Shown: positions 49,073 through 58,019, numbered from the stretch's first letter. The stretch is DNA of 64,000 nucleotides from Candidatus Uhrbacteria bacterium (GCA_016188495.1 JACPHU010000002.1:111466-175465), one strand, 5' to 3'. The notes: generated by a model not told the origin, from the sequence alone. A program made the numbers and translations.

Positions 49073-49312
49073 GTGATTAACGTAAAGCGCCGCAAAGGTG
49101 AAAGTTTTGAAAGTTTGTATCGACGTTTTAGCCGTCGTATGCAACAAAGTGGAACGACTCTTGAAGCCAAGAAAAATCGTTTCCATGTCGACGAACCTAA
49201 TAAGACGAGACAAAAAAAGTCCGCTCTTCGCCGTTTGGCTGTACGTATCAAGCGCGAATATCTTATACGTGTTGGACAGCTTGACGAAACTCAAACGATT
49301 TCTCGTCACTAA
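49073..49312 (+). CDS. rpsU: 30S ribosomal protein S21 (GTG start)
   Basis: 'VKRRKGESFESLYRRFSRRMQQSG...' matches S21. SD 'AAGGAAAA' upstream. yqeY follows, a conserved pairing. Confidence 0.85.
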   Translation: MINVKRRKGESFESLYRRFSRRMQQSGTTLEAKKNRFHVDEPNKTRQKKSALRRLAVRIKREYLIRVGQLDETQTISRH

Positions 49313-49320
49313 ATATTTGT

Positions 49321-50076
49321 ATGACTCTGGCAGAAACCATTTCACAAAACATGAAGGTTGCCATGAAAGCCAAAGACAACGCAACGCTTTCCACGTTGCG
49401 TTTGTTGCTTTCTGCGATAAAAAATAAGCAGATCGATGTTGGCCATGTCTTATCTGACTCAGAGATTCAAGACGTCGTGAAAACTCAGGTAAAACAACTC
49501 AAGGATGCTGTTGACTCTTTTACTCAAGGAGGTCGTGAGGATATGGCTCAGGCTTCTGCAGCTGAAATTCAGGTGCTTGAACAATTTCTTCCTGCACAAA
49601 TGAGCGACGAAGAACTGACTCAAATTCTCAAGAGAGTGGTTGAATCCAGCGGAGCGCAAAGTAAAGCAGATATAGGAAAAGTGATGGGGTCTGCGATGCA
49701 GGCGGTTGCAGGACGTGCAGACGGATCGCGTGTAAAGACGATTGTCCAATCTCTTTTGCCTGTTCTTATCCTGGTTGTGTTTGGAGCGATGTCTGCCAAT
49801 CATGAGACGGTCGCTGCGATTCCTTTGTTGGACACATTAAGTAACGGGACTCAATATACCGAATTACTTTTACGATTATTTCGTGTCCTTGTCCTTTGGT
49901 TGGGAATTCCCGCTATTACCATGATTTTAACCGGAGGATTTGAATATACCACCGCTTCTTATCGGGATGAAGTTCATCATCATTCCTTGAGCAAATTGAC
50001 CTTCGGTGTTTTTGCTACATTGATTATCGCTGCTTTATTCGCCTTTTGTACCATTATTCTTCAACAAATTCAGTAA
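49321..50076 (+). CDS. yqeY: GatB/YqeY-domain protein with unusual C-terminal two-TM extension
   Basis: N-terminal about 150 aa match YqeY. C-terminal about 100 aa is hydrophobic. Confidence 0.65.
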   Translation: MTLAETISQNMKVAMKAKDNATLSTLRLLLSAIKNKQIDVGHVLSDSEIQDVVKTQVKQLKDAVDSFTQGGREDMAQASAAEIQVLEQFLPAQMSDEELTQILKRVVESSGAQSKADIGKVMGSAMQAVAGRADGSRVKTIVQSLLPVLILVVFGAMSANHETVAAIPLLDTLSNGTQYTELLLRLFRVLVLWLGIPAITMILTGGFEYTTASYRDEVHHHSLSKLTFGVFATLIIAALFAFCTIILQQIQ

Positions 50077-50077
50077 A

Positions 50078-50207
50078 GAGATCTCTCCAAAACTCGCGAC
50101 CTTCCCTTTCACGGGCGCCCGCCCTCCACACTCTCCCTATTGTGAATAGGGTTCGTATGGCTCAACAGCCCGTTCAAGGCAATCTCATCGAGTTTTGGAG
50201 AGATCTC
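50078..50207. repeat. Palindromic repeat element, copy A, immediately after the yqeY stop
   Basis: Outer IR 'gagatctctccaaaactcg' / 'cgagttttggagagatctc'. Core 'cgaccttccctttcacgggcgcccgcc...cccgttcaaggcaatctcat' contains the GGGCGCCC palindrome. Confidence 0.75.
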
Positions 50208-50288
50208 AATAGATTTTTGAAAAGACAAAAAACGGGGATTGTTCCCCGTTTTTTTAATCACGTATACTTTCTTATAAAATAGTTCTGT

Positions 50289-51293
50289 ATGGAAAAAAAG
50301 CTTGTTGCCAATAAGGCCGTCATCGTGAATCCTCAGGGGAAAATTTTGCTTGTTCGTGATGCGGGAAAATTTGATCATACACAGGCGTTGGGAAAATGGG
50401 ATTTTCCTGGTGGACGGATGGATGCGTTGGAATCTCCTCAAGAAGGATTGTTACGTGAACTGAAAGAAGAAGTAGGATTTGACCCTCATCAGGTTCACAT
50501 TCAACAGCCACTTCAGATTGGTTTTTGGGGGATGGGGGGCGATATTCAACAGAATCCAGTCGTGGGGATTTTTTATCTCGTCCGTTTGTTGGGGGAAGTC
50601 GAGATTGTGTTATCAGAGGAACATACGGAATTTTTTTGGTTTGATCCAAAACAGACGATTCCTAATGATGTGTGGCCTCGAGTATCTGAAGCGATAGAAG
50701 CGTATCGAAGACAAGAGGGGATTGCCGTGGCATCTGACGCACAGGTGAAAGGCTACCAAGGGTATGGTCTTATTCAGCTGTTTACAGGAAATGGAAAAGG
50801 GAAAACCACCGCGGCTTTAGGAGAAGTCTTACGTGCTGTTGGGGCTGGAAAAAAGGTAGGAATCGTCTTTTTTGATAAAGGGGGAGAGACTCATTATTTT
50901 GAACGTAAAATGATTGATCAGATAGAGGGGATTGATTACGTTGCCACGGGCCGCGATCGAATCGATCCGGTGACCGGACGATTTGATTTTTCTATTCAAG
51001 AAATTGATAAACAGGAAGGAAAACGAGGATTAGAAGAGATTCGTCGAATGTTTAAAGAAGGATGTGATTTGGTTGTGATGGACGAGATTAATTCAAGTGC
51101 AGATTTGGGCATTGTTTCTATCGAAGAGGTTTTGAGTGTTCTGGATGAAAAACCTAAACAAACAGAACTCATTATGACAGGGCGCAATGCTCCCGAAGCA
51201 TTCCTCACTCGTGCTCATCTTGTGACGGAAATGCGTTTGCGCAAGCATTATTTTTATTCAGGCGTAAAAGCACGCGAAGGGTTGGATTATTAG
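50289..51293 (+). CDS. Fusion protein: N-terminal Nudix hydrolase + C-terminal cob(I)alamin adenosyltransferase (CobO/BtuR-type)
   Basis: Nudix box 'GGRMDALESPQEGLLRELKEEVG'. P-loop 'FTGNGKGKTTAALG' typical of CobA/CobO. Confidence 0.75.
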   Translation: MEKKLVANKAVIVNPQGKILLVRDAGKFDHTQALGKWDFPGGRMDALESPQEGLLRELKEEVGFDPHQVHIQQPLQIGFWGMGGDIQQNPVVGIFYLVRLLGEVEIVLSEEHTEFFWFDPKQTIPNDVWPRVSEAIEAYRRQEGIAVASDAQVKGYQGYGLIQLFTGNGKGKTTAALGEVLRAVGAGKKVGIVFFDKGGETHYFERKMIDQIEGIDYVATGRDRIDPVTGRFDFSIQEIDKQEGKRGLEEIRRMFKEGCDLVVMDEINSSADLGIVSIEEVLSVLDEKPKQTELIMTGRNAPEAFLTRAHLVTEMRLRKHYFYSGVKAREGLDY

Positions 51294-51329
51294 AAAGCTG
51301 GGTATGTGAGGATGAATGTTAGACACTCG

Positions 51330-52595
51330 TTATTGTAATAACAACGTGGCTAATCCCAGAAAGAACAGAAATCCAAGGACATCGGTAGCAGTGGTAATAA
51401 AGATCGTGGCTGATGTGGCAGGATCTTTTCCTAATTTTTTCATCATGAGCGGAACGAGCGTTCCAAAAAAAGCAGAGACAACCAAATTAGTAATCATGGC
51501 CAGACCAAGAATCAAAGCAATAAGAACGTCATGGTTAAAGACCATAACAATCACCGCCACGATTAAGCCGTTAATCAGTCCGTTGGTAAATCCGGCAATC
51601 AGTTCTCGTTTAAGCGTTGGCCACGCGCTTTGCAGATCAATTTGATTCATGGCAATTCCACGGACAAGAACAGCGAGTGTCTGAGTTCCAGCATTTCCTC
51701 CCATTCCGGCAACAATAGGCATATAGACGGCGAGGAGCACGTATTTACTAATCGTATCTTGAAATAAGCTTACAATGGAAGCTGCAAAGAATGCTGTTCC
51801 AAGGTTGATCATGAGCCATTTGTATCGAAAACGAATTTTACTTGGCGCTGAATCAAGAACGGATTCTTCTTTGTCGATTCCTGCAAACTGATAAAGGGAA
51901 GAAGCTGTTTTGTCATCAAGATTCCTTAAGACGGAGTCAGCATAAATGATTCCCAACACATTGCCTTCCCGGCTCAAAACAGCGACTTTATTGTGTGACT
52001 GTTTTTTGAATGCTTGGAGCACTTCCTCTCGTGAGGCTTGGTGTCTGATGGTGGGTAGAGGTCGAACAAATGTTTTGATGGGATCGGTGGGGGAACCGAG
52101 CCCAAGTGCATGGCCAGGGAGCTGACCAATCAGTTTTCCCTGTCTCATGACAACTATGGTAGGGAGGCGTCCTGTTTTTTGTTCATGCGTTTTAAATCGT
52201 CTTGCGGCCTGTGCGATGGTATCCATTTCCTCTATTTGGATGTAATTGAGATTCATCAAACCTGCAGCGGTTTGGGGATCAAATTCAGAAAGAAAGGTGA
52301 TTTGTTCCTGGAAGGTTTTATTCAGGGCAGTGATTGCATTTTTTTGTTTGGATGTTGGAAGAAGTTGAACAAGATCTGCCGCCTGGTCAGGATCAAGGTG
52401 TTCAAGGATATCCGCGAGCTCATCCCGAGAAAGTTGTTTTAACAAATCTCGAGTCACGTCTTTGCTTAAACATAAGAGCACGTTCACTCGTTCATCGTGA
52501 GAGAGATTCAAAAAACGTTTGAGACGATCTTTAGGATGAAAGCTGATATCACGAACAGCTTCAGGGCATTGGATATTTGAAATGGGTTCAGACAT
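51330..52595 (-). CDS. mgtE: Magnesium transporter MgtE
   Basis: MgtE N-domain, CBS pair and C-terminal TM bundle. Start chosen at MSEP (the ORF-track TTG start at 52628 abuts a terminator). Confidence 0.75.
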   Translation of the reverse strand: MSEPISNIQCPEAVRDISFHPKDRLKRFLNLSHDERVNVLLCLSKDVTRDLLKQLSRDELADILEHLDPDQAADLVQLLPTSKQKNAITALNKTFQEQITFLSEFDPQTAAGLMNLNYIQIEEMDTIAQAARRFKTHEQKTGRLPTIVVMRQGKLIGQLPGHALGLGSPTDPIKTFVRPLPTIRHQASREEVLQAFKKQSHNKVAVLSREGNVLGIIYADSVLRNLDDKTASSLYQFAGIDKEESVLDSAPSKIRFRYKWLMINLGTAFFAASIVSLFQDTISKYVLLAVYMPIVAGMGGNAGTQTLAVLVRGIAMNQIDLQSAWPTLKRELIAGFTNGLINGLIVAVIVMVFNHDVLIALILGLAMITNLVVSAFFGTLVPLMMKKLGKDPATSATIFITTATDVLGFLFFLGLATLLLQ

Positions 52596-52632
52596 AAGCG
52601 TTAAAGAAATTATAATGTATTCAATCAAAACA

Positions 52633-52661
52633 AAAAACCTCGTACCAAGACGAGGTTTTTA
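52633..52661 (-). terminator. Terminator after the ASCH-like gene, just upstream of mgtE
   Basis: AAAACCTCG-taccaaga-CGAGGTTTT. Confidence 0.6.
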
Positions 52662-52667
52662 TATAGG

Positions 52668-52931
52668 TTACTCAAGAGAAATGATCTGTAAACCTTTTTC
52701 TTTGATTTGATCTTCAGGCCAAAAAAGTTTGTCTATCTGGAATGTTCCAACATACGTCACCATTTTTTCTATTACTCTTCCCGTATAGGATTGAGTTTCA
52801 GGATCCCATTCTTCCAACAGAAGAATATCACCCTCATTGATTTCAAAGTCATTCAAACGCAATTCGTATTTCTTTTTTCCAGAAAGGATCGCTTCAAAAT
52901 AAACAGGCCAGACCTTTTTCTTGATCGTCAT
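52668..52931 (-). CDS. Small PUA-like/ASCH (DUF3850-like) domain protein
   Basis: 'KVWPVYFEAILSGKKKYELR' pattern; 87 aa. Confidence 0.45.
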   Translation of the reverse strand: MTIKKKVWPVYFEAILSGKKKYELRLNDFEINEGDILLLEEWDPETQSYTGRVIEKMVTYVGTFQIDKLFWPEDQIKEKGLQIISLE

Positions 52932-53034
52932 AGAATAGATCGTTAAACAGATTTGATCCCTTTAATTTATCACCGTTCTTTTAAAAGAAAAATACCGACG
53001 AGTTCATCCTAGAGGGTAAGGATGGACCTGTCGG

Positions 53035-54150
53035 TTAAGGATTCTTTCTGTTTTTTTTCATGAGCTGACGAAGCCTCATGAATTGTTCTATTTCACCGGT
53101 CATTCCTGCTATTTGCGGAAAATCAGTAGGAACTTTTTGCGCAAATTGAGGCTCAAGTTCGATTAACGATACCCCAGAACCTTCAAGATCCAGCATGGGA
53201 TAGGCACCATAAGCAATACCAAACGATCCCTGCTGTGTTTGAACTTTGTAGTAAGTGAACGCTCTGGCAATATCATCGACCGTTTCATCCTCCTCTTCAT
53301 TCAGATTCGCTGTTATCCCGTGTCGCAGATGTTCCGGGAGAGTCGTACGATTCACGGAAATATTTTTAAAACCGCTTGATTCCAATATTTCCTTTATACC
53401 CTCGATCGTTTCTCGCTCCTGCTCTTTGATTCGTTCTGCGTTAAGTTGTCTGAAACATTCCCCGTGATAGAAACGTTCAACATATATATTCAGACGATCT
53501 TCAGATTGAACGACATGAGTTGTCGTCACTTCACGCCAACCCCTCTGCTCTGCCGTAGAGAGGTATTGTTTCACATTGGTATCTACCCATTGAGGATTCT
53601 GTATGTCTATTGGATCGCTCAGACTTCGGAGTGCATCTGTTTGAGCAGATAGCTCTTCTTTTACCTGAGAAAGAGTTTTTCCTGCAAACAAAGAGAGTTC
53701 CAACTCCTCAAAACATCCCTCTGCATCAACGTCGTGACAAGTGAGCAGATCCCAACCTTTGCCACATCTAGCACAGATCATGTGCGGAGGCGGCAGCGGA
53801 AAGCTGGGTGTCATCCCAATGATGGATTCATAGACGGAGTAAGGACTTTTTTCCAGCCGCATCTCTACATGTTCATTGAGAAACCTATCGAATTCTTCAT
53901 CGGTCATAACGTTGGGCATTGCGTTACGATCTGAACCGGTAAAGATCTTTCGATGAAGTCGAGAACACTGACCAAACTCATCAGAACGATATCGTCCAAG
54001 AAGAATGAACGGTTCTAAGGTGCCATATTCTTCACCCTCCGTTCCGTCAGATTTATAACCTCCTTTTTCGTTTCGCAAATGCATGAGAGCGTAGAAGGTT
54101 TCATAAGACGAAAGCTGTGAAGTGATACCTTCTTTCGTGTTGTGATTCAC
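53035..54150 (-). CDS. Hypothetical 371-aa protein with Cys/His cluster
   Basis: Motif 'HMICARCGKGWDLLTCHD'; no family recognised. Confidence 0.5.
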   Translation of the reverse strand: MNHNTKEGITSQLSSYETFYALMHLRNEKGGYKSDGTEGEEYGTLEPFILLGRYRSDEFGQCSRLHRKIFTGSDRNAMPNVMTDEEFDRFLNEHVEMRLEKSPYSVYESIIGMTPSFPLPPPHMICARCGKGWDLLTCHDVDAEGCFEELELSLFAGKTLSQVKEELSAQTDALRSLSDPIDIQNPQWVDTNVKQYLSTAEQRGWREVTTTHVVQSEDRLNIYVERFYHGECFRQLNAERIKEQERETIEGIKEILESSGFKNISVNRTTLPEHLRHGITANLNEEEDETVDDIARAFTYYKVQTQQGSFGIAYGAYPMLDLEGSGVSLIELEPQFAQKVPTDFPQIAGMTGEIEQFMRLRQLMKKNRKNP

Positions 54151-54266
54151 GTCTTCTCCTTTATTTCATTGGCTATGAACATGCAACACAATAAAGCATT
54201 ATCAAAAAATATTTAAAATGTCAATGGATTGTAAACAAAAATATCCTACTGTCCATATTTTCGGAC

Positions 54267-54614
54267 TCATTTTGTAAAACTATTTATCAGGCCGGATAAC
54301 AATCTCGAAACTTCTTCTAGATTTGTTTTCAAACCAGCTAGTTCTTTATTTTCGATTATTTTTTCATCACAAAGTAATTCCAATAAAGAGGCGCATTCAA
54401 AAACTGATCCACGAGAAATGACGTAAAAATTCTTACGGTCTTGTTTAGATAATTTACCTGTACCTTCCGCGATATTTATGACCATACTGACAGAGGCTCG
54501 ATAAAGTTGGTCTCGCAAAAAAGCATTGGTCTTTTTATCAATCAATATTTTCTGAATTTTTGCGTTTACTTCTTTGGCTTTTTGGTAAGCTACAAGTTTT
54601 TCAAAGTCGAACAT
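54267..54614 (-). CDS. Four-helix-bundle protein (TIGR02436-like, the family often found in rRNA intervening sequences)
   Basis: 'FEKLVAYQKAKEV...INIAEGTGK...SRGSVFECASLLEL' resembles that family. Confidence 0.6.
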   Translation of the reverse strand: MFDFEKLVAYQKAKEVNAKIQKILIDKKTNAFLRDQLYRASVSMVINIAEGTGKLSKQDRKNFYVISRGSVFECASLLELLCDEKIIENKELAGLKTNLEEVSRLLSGLINSFTK

Positions 54615-54684
54615 AATTCTGGAAAATACTAGATTCTAGAATCTAGAGTCTAGTAACTAGATTCTAGTCCCGCCAAAGGCGGGC

Positions 54685-54761
54685 TGGTCGGGCTAGTGGG
54701 ACTTGAACCCACGGCCTCCAGACCCCCAGCCTGGCGCTCTAGCCTACTGAGCTATAGCCCG
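54685..54761 (-). tRNA. tRNA-Pro (anticodon GGG), CCA encoded
   Basis: Manual fold: acceptor CGGGCTA/TAGCCCG, D-stem GCTC/GAGC, anticodon stem CCAGG/TCTGG with loop CTGGGGG (G37), T-stem GTGGG/CCCAC. Confidence 0.75.
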
Positions 54762-54765
54762 ATAT

Positions 54766-54892
54766 GAAGTTCTTCTAAAACTTGCGATCTTGCCTTTCAC
54801 GGGGCCCCATTGGCTTGTCGCCGTATGGCGAATACGGCTCTGTCGCCAATTTCCCCGTTCAAGGCAATCTCATCAAGTTTTAGAAGAACTTC
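54766..54892. repeat. Palindromic repeat element, copy B, starting 5 nt from the 5' end of tRNA-Pro
   Basis: Outer IR 'gaagttcttctaaaacttg' / 'caagttttagaagaacttc'. Core 'cgatcttgcctttcacggggcccc...ccccgttcaaggcaatctcat' contains the GGGGCCCC palindrome. Confidence 0.75.
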
Positions 54893-54978
54893 TTTCGTTG
54901 CGATCATACGATGTTTTTATCAATTCATCAACAATTATTTTCTTCTTTTTTTCAAATTTCTGTTAATATAAGCCTCAT

Positions 54979-57900
54979 ATGAGACGTGAGGGTGAAGCTT
55001 TACATGATCGTGAATCAGCTAAAAAACAAGAAATTTCTTTTTCTGATATTCAGGATGATTTAACTTCTGTATTGGTCAGTCAACGCGAGTTTGTTTCTAG
55101 ACAGGAGTCAGATCGTCTTCCCGAACTTATTTTAGATGAATCTGCGTTTGATCAGTTATCCCAATCTCAACGTACCGCGGTTGAACAAAATGTACGATTA
55201 CTTTCATTGTTATCTGGACATCGGGGAAGCATGCTTCGACGTCAGTTAAAGTCTCTTCAAAATCCATCCGTGGCTAAACTCGCTCAATTATTGGAGTGGT
55301 CCAATAGCGTTGTAAAAAGTGGAGTTTTTTCTTTTGATGAAACAATAACCACACCGCCTTCTGATTTTTTACAAAAGAAAAAGGATCCACGTGAGCTGTA
55401 TGAATATGTACTAGCCGCTTCCGCGATGGGTGAGGAAGAGTCAGTTAATCCAGAAGCGCTTTCTGAAACCATCCGTCGAAGTTTGCATTTGGCGCCTGGA
55501 AAAGGTGATGCGGATATCAATAAGGTGTTGTTTGGCGATCGGTCTAAAGAGATAAAAGTTGTTTTAGACACCTTAGGATTTATTCCTCGCCAGCTTTATA
55601 AATATCCCTCTTTCAGAATACTTGAGCCTGCACAGGTTATTGCTGCTGAGCGCCAACTTCGAGAAATAGAGCAGTCTCATCCTTCATTGCGTCATCAAGC
55701 CCGCGAGGAACGTACCCAGGTCACTCAAGCATTATTTACCAGTGGCATTGCAAAGAAATTACGAACAGGCGGAACAGATACCCGATACGTGACCTTGGAC
55801 TCAAACGGTGTCCGCATTCATTTTGACGGACGTGTTTCTGGAAAAGGGAAATCCCTTTTAGACCGTCCATTTGTGGCGCATATTCCCTACGGTCTTTTAT
55901 CGGATGAATGTGTTTCAGAATTAGAAAAGCATTGGCTTCAAACAGAAGCTGAAGGATTAGAATTACGGCTTCGTCGAGCTCAAGAGAATTATGACATCCC
56001 AGAGAGCCGCGCCAAAAAAGAGCATCAAGTTTCTGCTTTTGCTGACACCTTGGGTTTAACCAAAGAAACTCCGGAATTGACGTATCAAGCCTTTAAAAAA
56101 GAACTTGTTGAATTTCCTGATCGTTTTGCAAAACGCGTTTTAGACAGCGGTGAGATCATTCCAGATCAGCTGCTTGAACGATTGTTTGCAGATATGCAGG
56201 AGAAGGGGATCTTTGTTTCCATGCGGTTTGCGGAGGCAGTCACGGCTTTCATTTCCACAGAAGCTCTTTCGAATAAACGATTGTTTCTTCAGCACGGTAT
56301 TAAAGATAACCAAAAACAAACGTATCAAGCTCGCGCCCGAGTCATGAGCGACCCTCGTTATTACAATGCCCTAAAAATTGTCCGTTCGGTTCTTGTACAG
56401 CACCCTTACTCCGATCCTGAAAAACAGTTTTTGGTTTTTCGCGGACAATATAAAAAATCCAACGAAGGCCGTCAGCATACCTTTTTAGAAGTTGTTCATG
56501 AGGGTCAGATGGCAAAGGTGTTAGTCGATGAACAAAAGGAGTTTAAATCAGATCAGTTAGAACGCACACCTGTGTTTTCTCGAGAAGTATATGAAGAGTT
56601 GGAAGAAAGTTTAGTGGCTTTTGATTATTTTCTTGGACGGATTGATCAGATGCGACGGCTTGTCCGTTATAAAAACAAACACTGGGAAACAAAATTTCGT
56701 GAAGACATGAAAGAGGTGGAGATTTTTGTGCTCACCAATGTCAGTCATCGATATAAAGACCTTCGTGTTCTTATTGATCGATTGCAAACCCAAGAGATGC
56801 CTGAAGAAACTCTTTTGTCTTTTTTCTACGTTCTTCAACAGACACAAGAAGAGTATCGAACGTTTCTCTACCAAGGCGCTACGCCGGAACTCATCGGTTT
56901 CCGAGATTTTTTTCGTCCAAGTGTTCGAGTGCAGGAAATTGAGTATGGCCAAGAATTTTTATCTTTAGCAACACGGATGTGTCCTGAGTGGGGGGTTGAT
57001 AAAGAATTGAGTACAGAATCTCAACCTATTCGTGTGATTGCCTTGAATCATCTTATTCAACATCCATCAGAAACAATCCCTGTCGATGTTGAAGAGGCTG
57101 TGTTAGATAAATTACGTGTAAATCGTAATCGTCCTTTGATCAACGTGGTAGGTGGTTGTAAGTTTGTCGCTGGAATGGAGAATCCTGAAGACCATCCGCT
57201 TAATAAAATGAGTTTAGCTGTGCTAAACGTTGCTCACGAAGTAAAAGCCAATGTCGCTGTTCCTGGGACACAGTCTGGAATCGGAGTGTACTTTGGACAA
57301 CAAAATGTGAGATACCGACGAACCACAGATCATTTTCCGTTTAAAGAACGTGCACATCTCTTTTCTATTTCCACCGGTGGGAATACCGTTTATCCAGAGA
57401 ATCCTTGGATGGAAAAGACAGATCCATCCGAACGATATGCTGTGGCGCCAGTGGACACAGTTGTCACACCTATTACGGCTTTATGGGAAGCTAAAGGGAA
57501 GGAGCGTTTAAGAGGTTACGATCTTCATATTGTTTATATGGAGTCATTGTTTGCTCGTATTAGTAAAGAGCAGCCTCGTGTCCTGGTAGCGGGCAACGGT
57601 GGTATTTTTTCTATTTTGGAAATTAATGAGTCCATCAAGCATGGGTTTGATATTCTTCTGATCGAAGATTCTGGTCGTTTTGCAGAAGCAGCTTCAGCGG
57701 TTATGAGAGAAATCGACCACTTACCAGATCCAGAGGATCCAGGATTTGATGAACATGTGCGTTTATTGTTGCAGGCTACACTTCCAACGGATGTTATGAA
57801 AGAATTTTTTAAAAAGGATTTTGGAGAGACAACACCTCCTCAAGGAGATCTGAAAGAAAATTACGAGGTGTTTCGAGATCATTTTCGACGATTCGTTGTC

Positions 57901-57987
57901 TTAGCAAAGCAATTTCCTAACAAAGTTCATGTGACTCATCTGGATTCACTTGAAAGAGATATACGGACGTTTGTCACACCTCCTTAA
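54979..57987 (+). CDS. Large hypothetical protein (1002 aa) with C-terminal LOG/SLOG-like Rossmannoid domain
   Basis: C-terminal 'VVGGCKFVAG' and 'LVAGNGGIFSILEINESIKHG' resemble the two LOG-family glycine-rich motifs. N-terminal about 650 aa unassigned. Confidence 0.55.
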   Translation: MRREGEALHDRESAKKQEISFSDIQDDLTSVLVSQREFVSRQESDRLPELILDESAFDQLSQSQRTAVEQNVRLLSLLSGHRGSMLRRQLKSLQNPSVAKLAQLLEWSNSVVKSGVFSFDETITTPPSDFLQKKKDPRELYEYVLAASAMGEEESVNPEALSETIRRSLHLAPGKGDADINKVLFGDRSKEIKVVLDTLGFIPRQLYKYPSFRILEPAQVIAAERQLREIEQSHPSLRHQAREERTQVTQALFTSGIAKKLRTGGTDTRYVTLDSNGVRIHFDGRVSGKGKSLLDRPFVAHIPYGLLSDECVSELEKHWLQTEAEGLELRLRRAQENYDIPESRAKKEHQVSAFADTLGLTKETPELTYQAFKKELVEFPDRFAKRVLDSGEIIPDQLLERLFADMQEKGIFVSMRFAEAVTAFISTEALSNKRLFLQHGIKDNQKQTYQARARVMSDPRYYNALKIVRSVLVQHPYSDPEKQFLVFRGQYKKSNEGRQHTFLEVVHEGQMAKVLVDEQKEFKSDQLERTPVFSREVYEELEESLVAFDYFLGRIDQMRRLVRYKNKHWETKFREDMKEVEIFVLTNVSHRYKDLRVLIDRLQTQEMPEETLLSFFYVLQQTQEEYRTFLYQGATPELIGFRDFFRPSVRVQEIEYGQEFLSLATRMCPEWGVDKELSTESQPIRVIALNHLIQHPSETIPVDVEEAVLDKLRVNRNRPLINVVGGCKFVAGMENPEDHPLNKMSLAVLNVAHEVKANVAVPGTQSGIGVYFGQQNVRYRRTTDHFPFKERAHLFSISTGGNTVYPENPWMEKTDPSERYAVAPVDTVVTPITALWEAKGKERLRGYDLHIVYMESLFARISKEQPRVLVAGNGGIFSILEINESIKHGFDILLIEDSGRFAEAASAVMREIDHLPDPEDPGFDEHVRLLLQATLPTDVMKEFFKKDFGETTPPQGDLKENYEVFRDHFRRFVVLAKQFPNKVHVTHLDSLERDIRTFVTPP

Positions 57988-58019
57988 TATTCCCTGAGCG
58001 AGGAGTCATCGACGAGTCG
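57987..58019 (+). repeat. 33-nt exact repeat, copy 2, overlapping the stop codon of the 1002-aa gene
   Basis: Identical to 17590-17622; followed by a strong hairpin terminator. Confidence 0.8.

Noticed and set aside
49098-49427. 109-aa ORF overlapping rpsU in another frame
   Set aside because: It lies entirely within the well-supported S21 gene and the start of yqeY, and has no similarity to known proteins; frame-shadow ORF.
54614-54670. CTAG-rich short tandem/palindromic repeats (tagattctag, ctagagtctag) upstream of the four-helix-bundle gene
   Set aside because: This is low-complexity simple sequence without regular spacer/repeat structure, so not a CRISPR array; probably promoter or spacer DNA.
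24930-54892. Integron attC sites as an explanation for the palindromic elements
   Set aside because: There is no RYYYAAC/GTTRRRY core pairing, the elements are not arranged as tandem cassette boundaries, and no intI-like gene is in the window.
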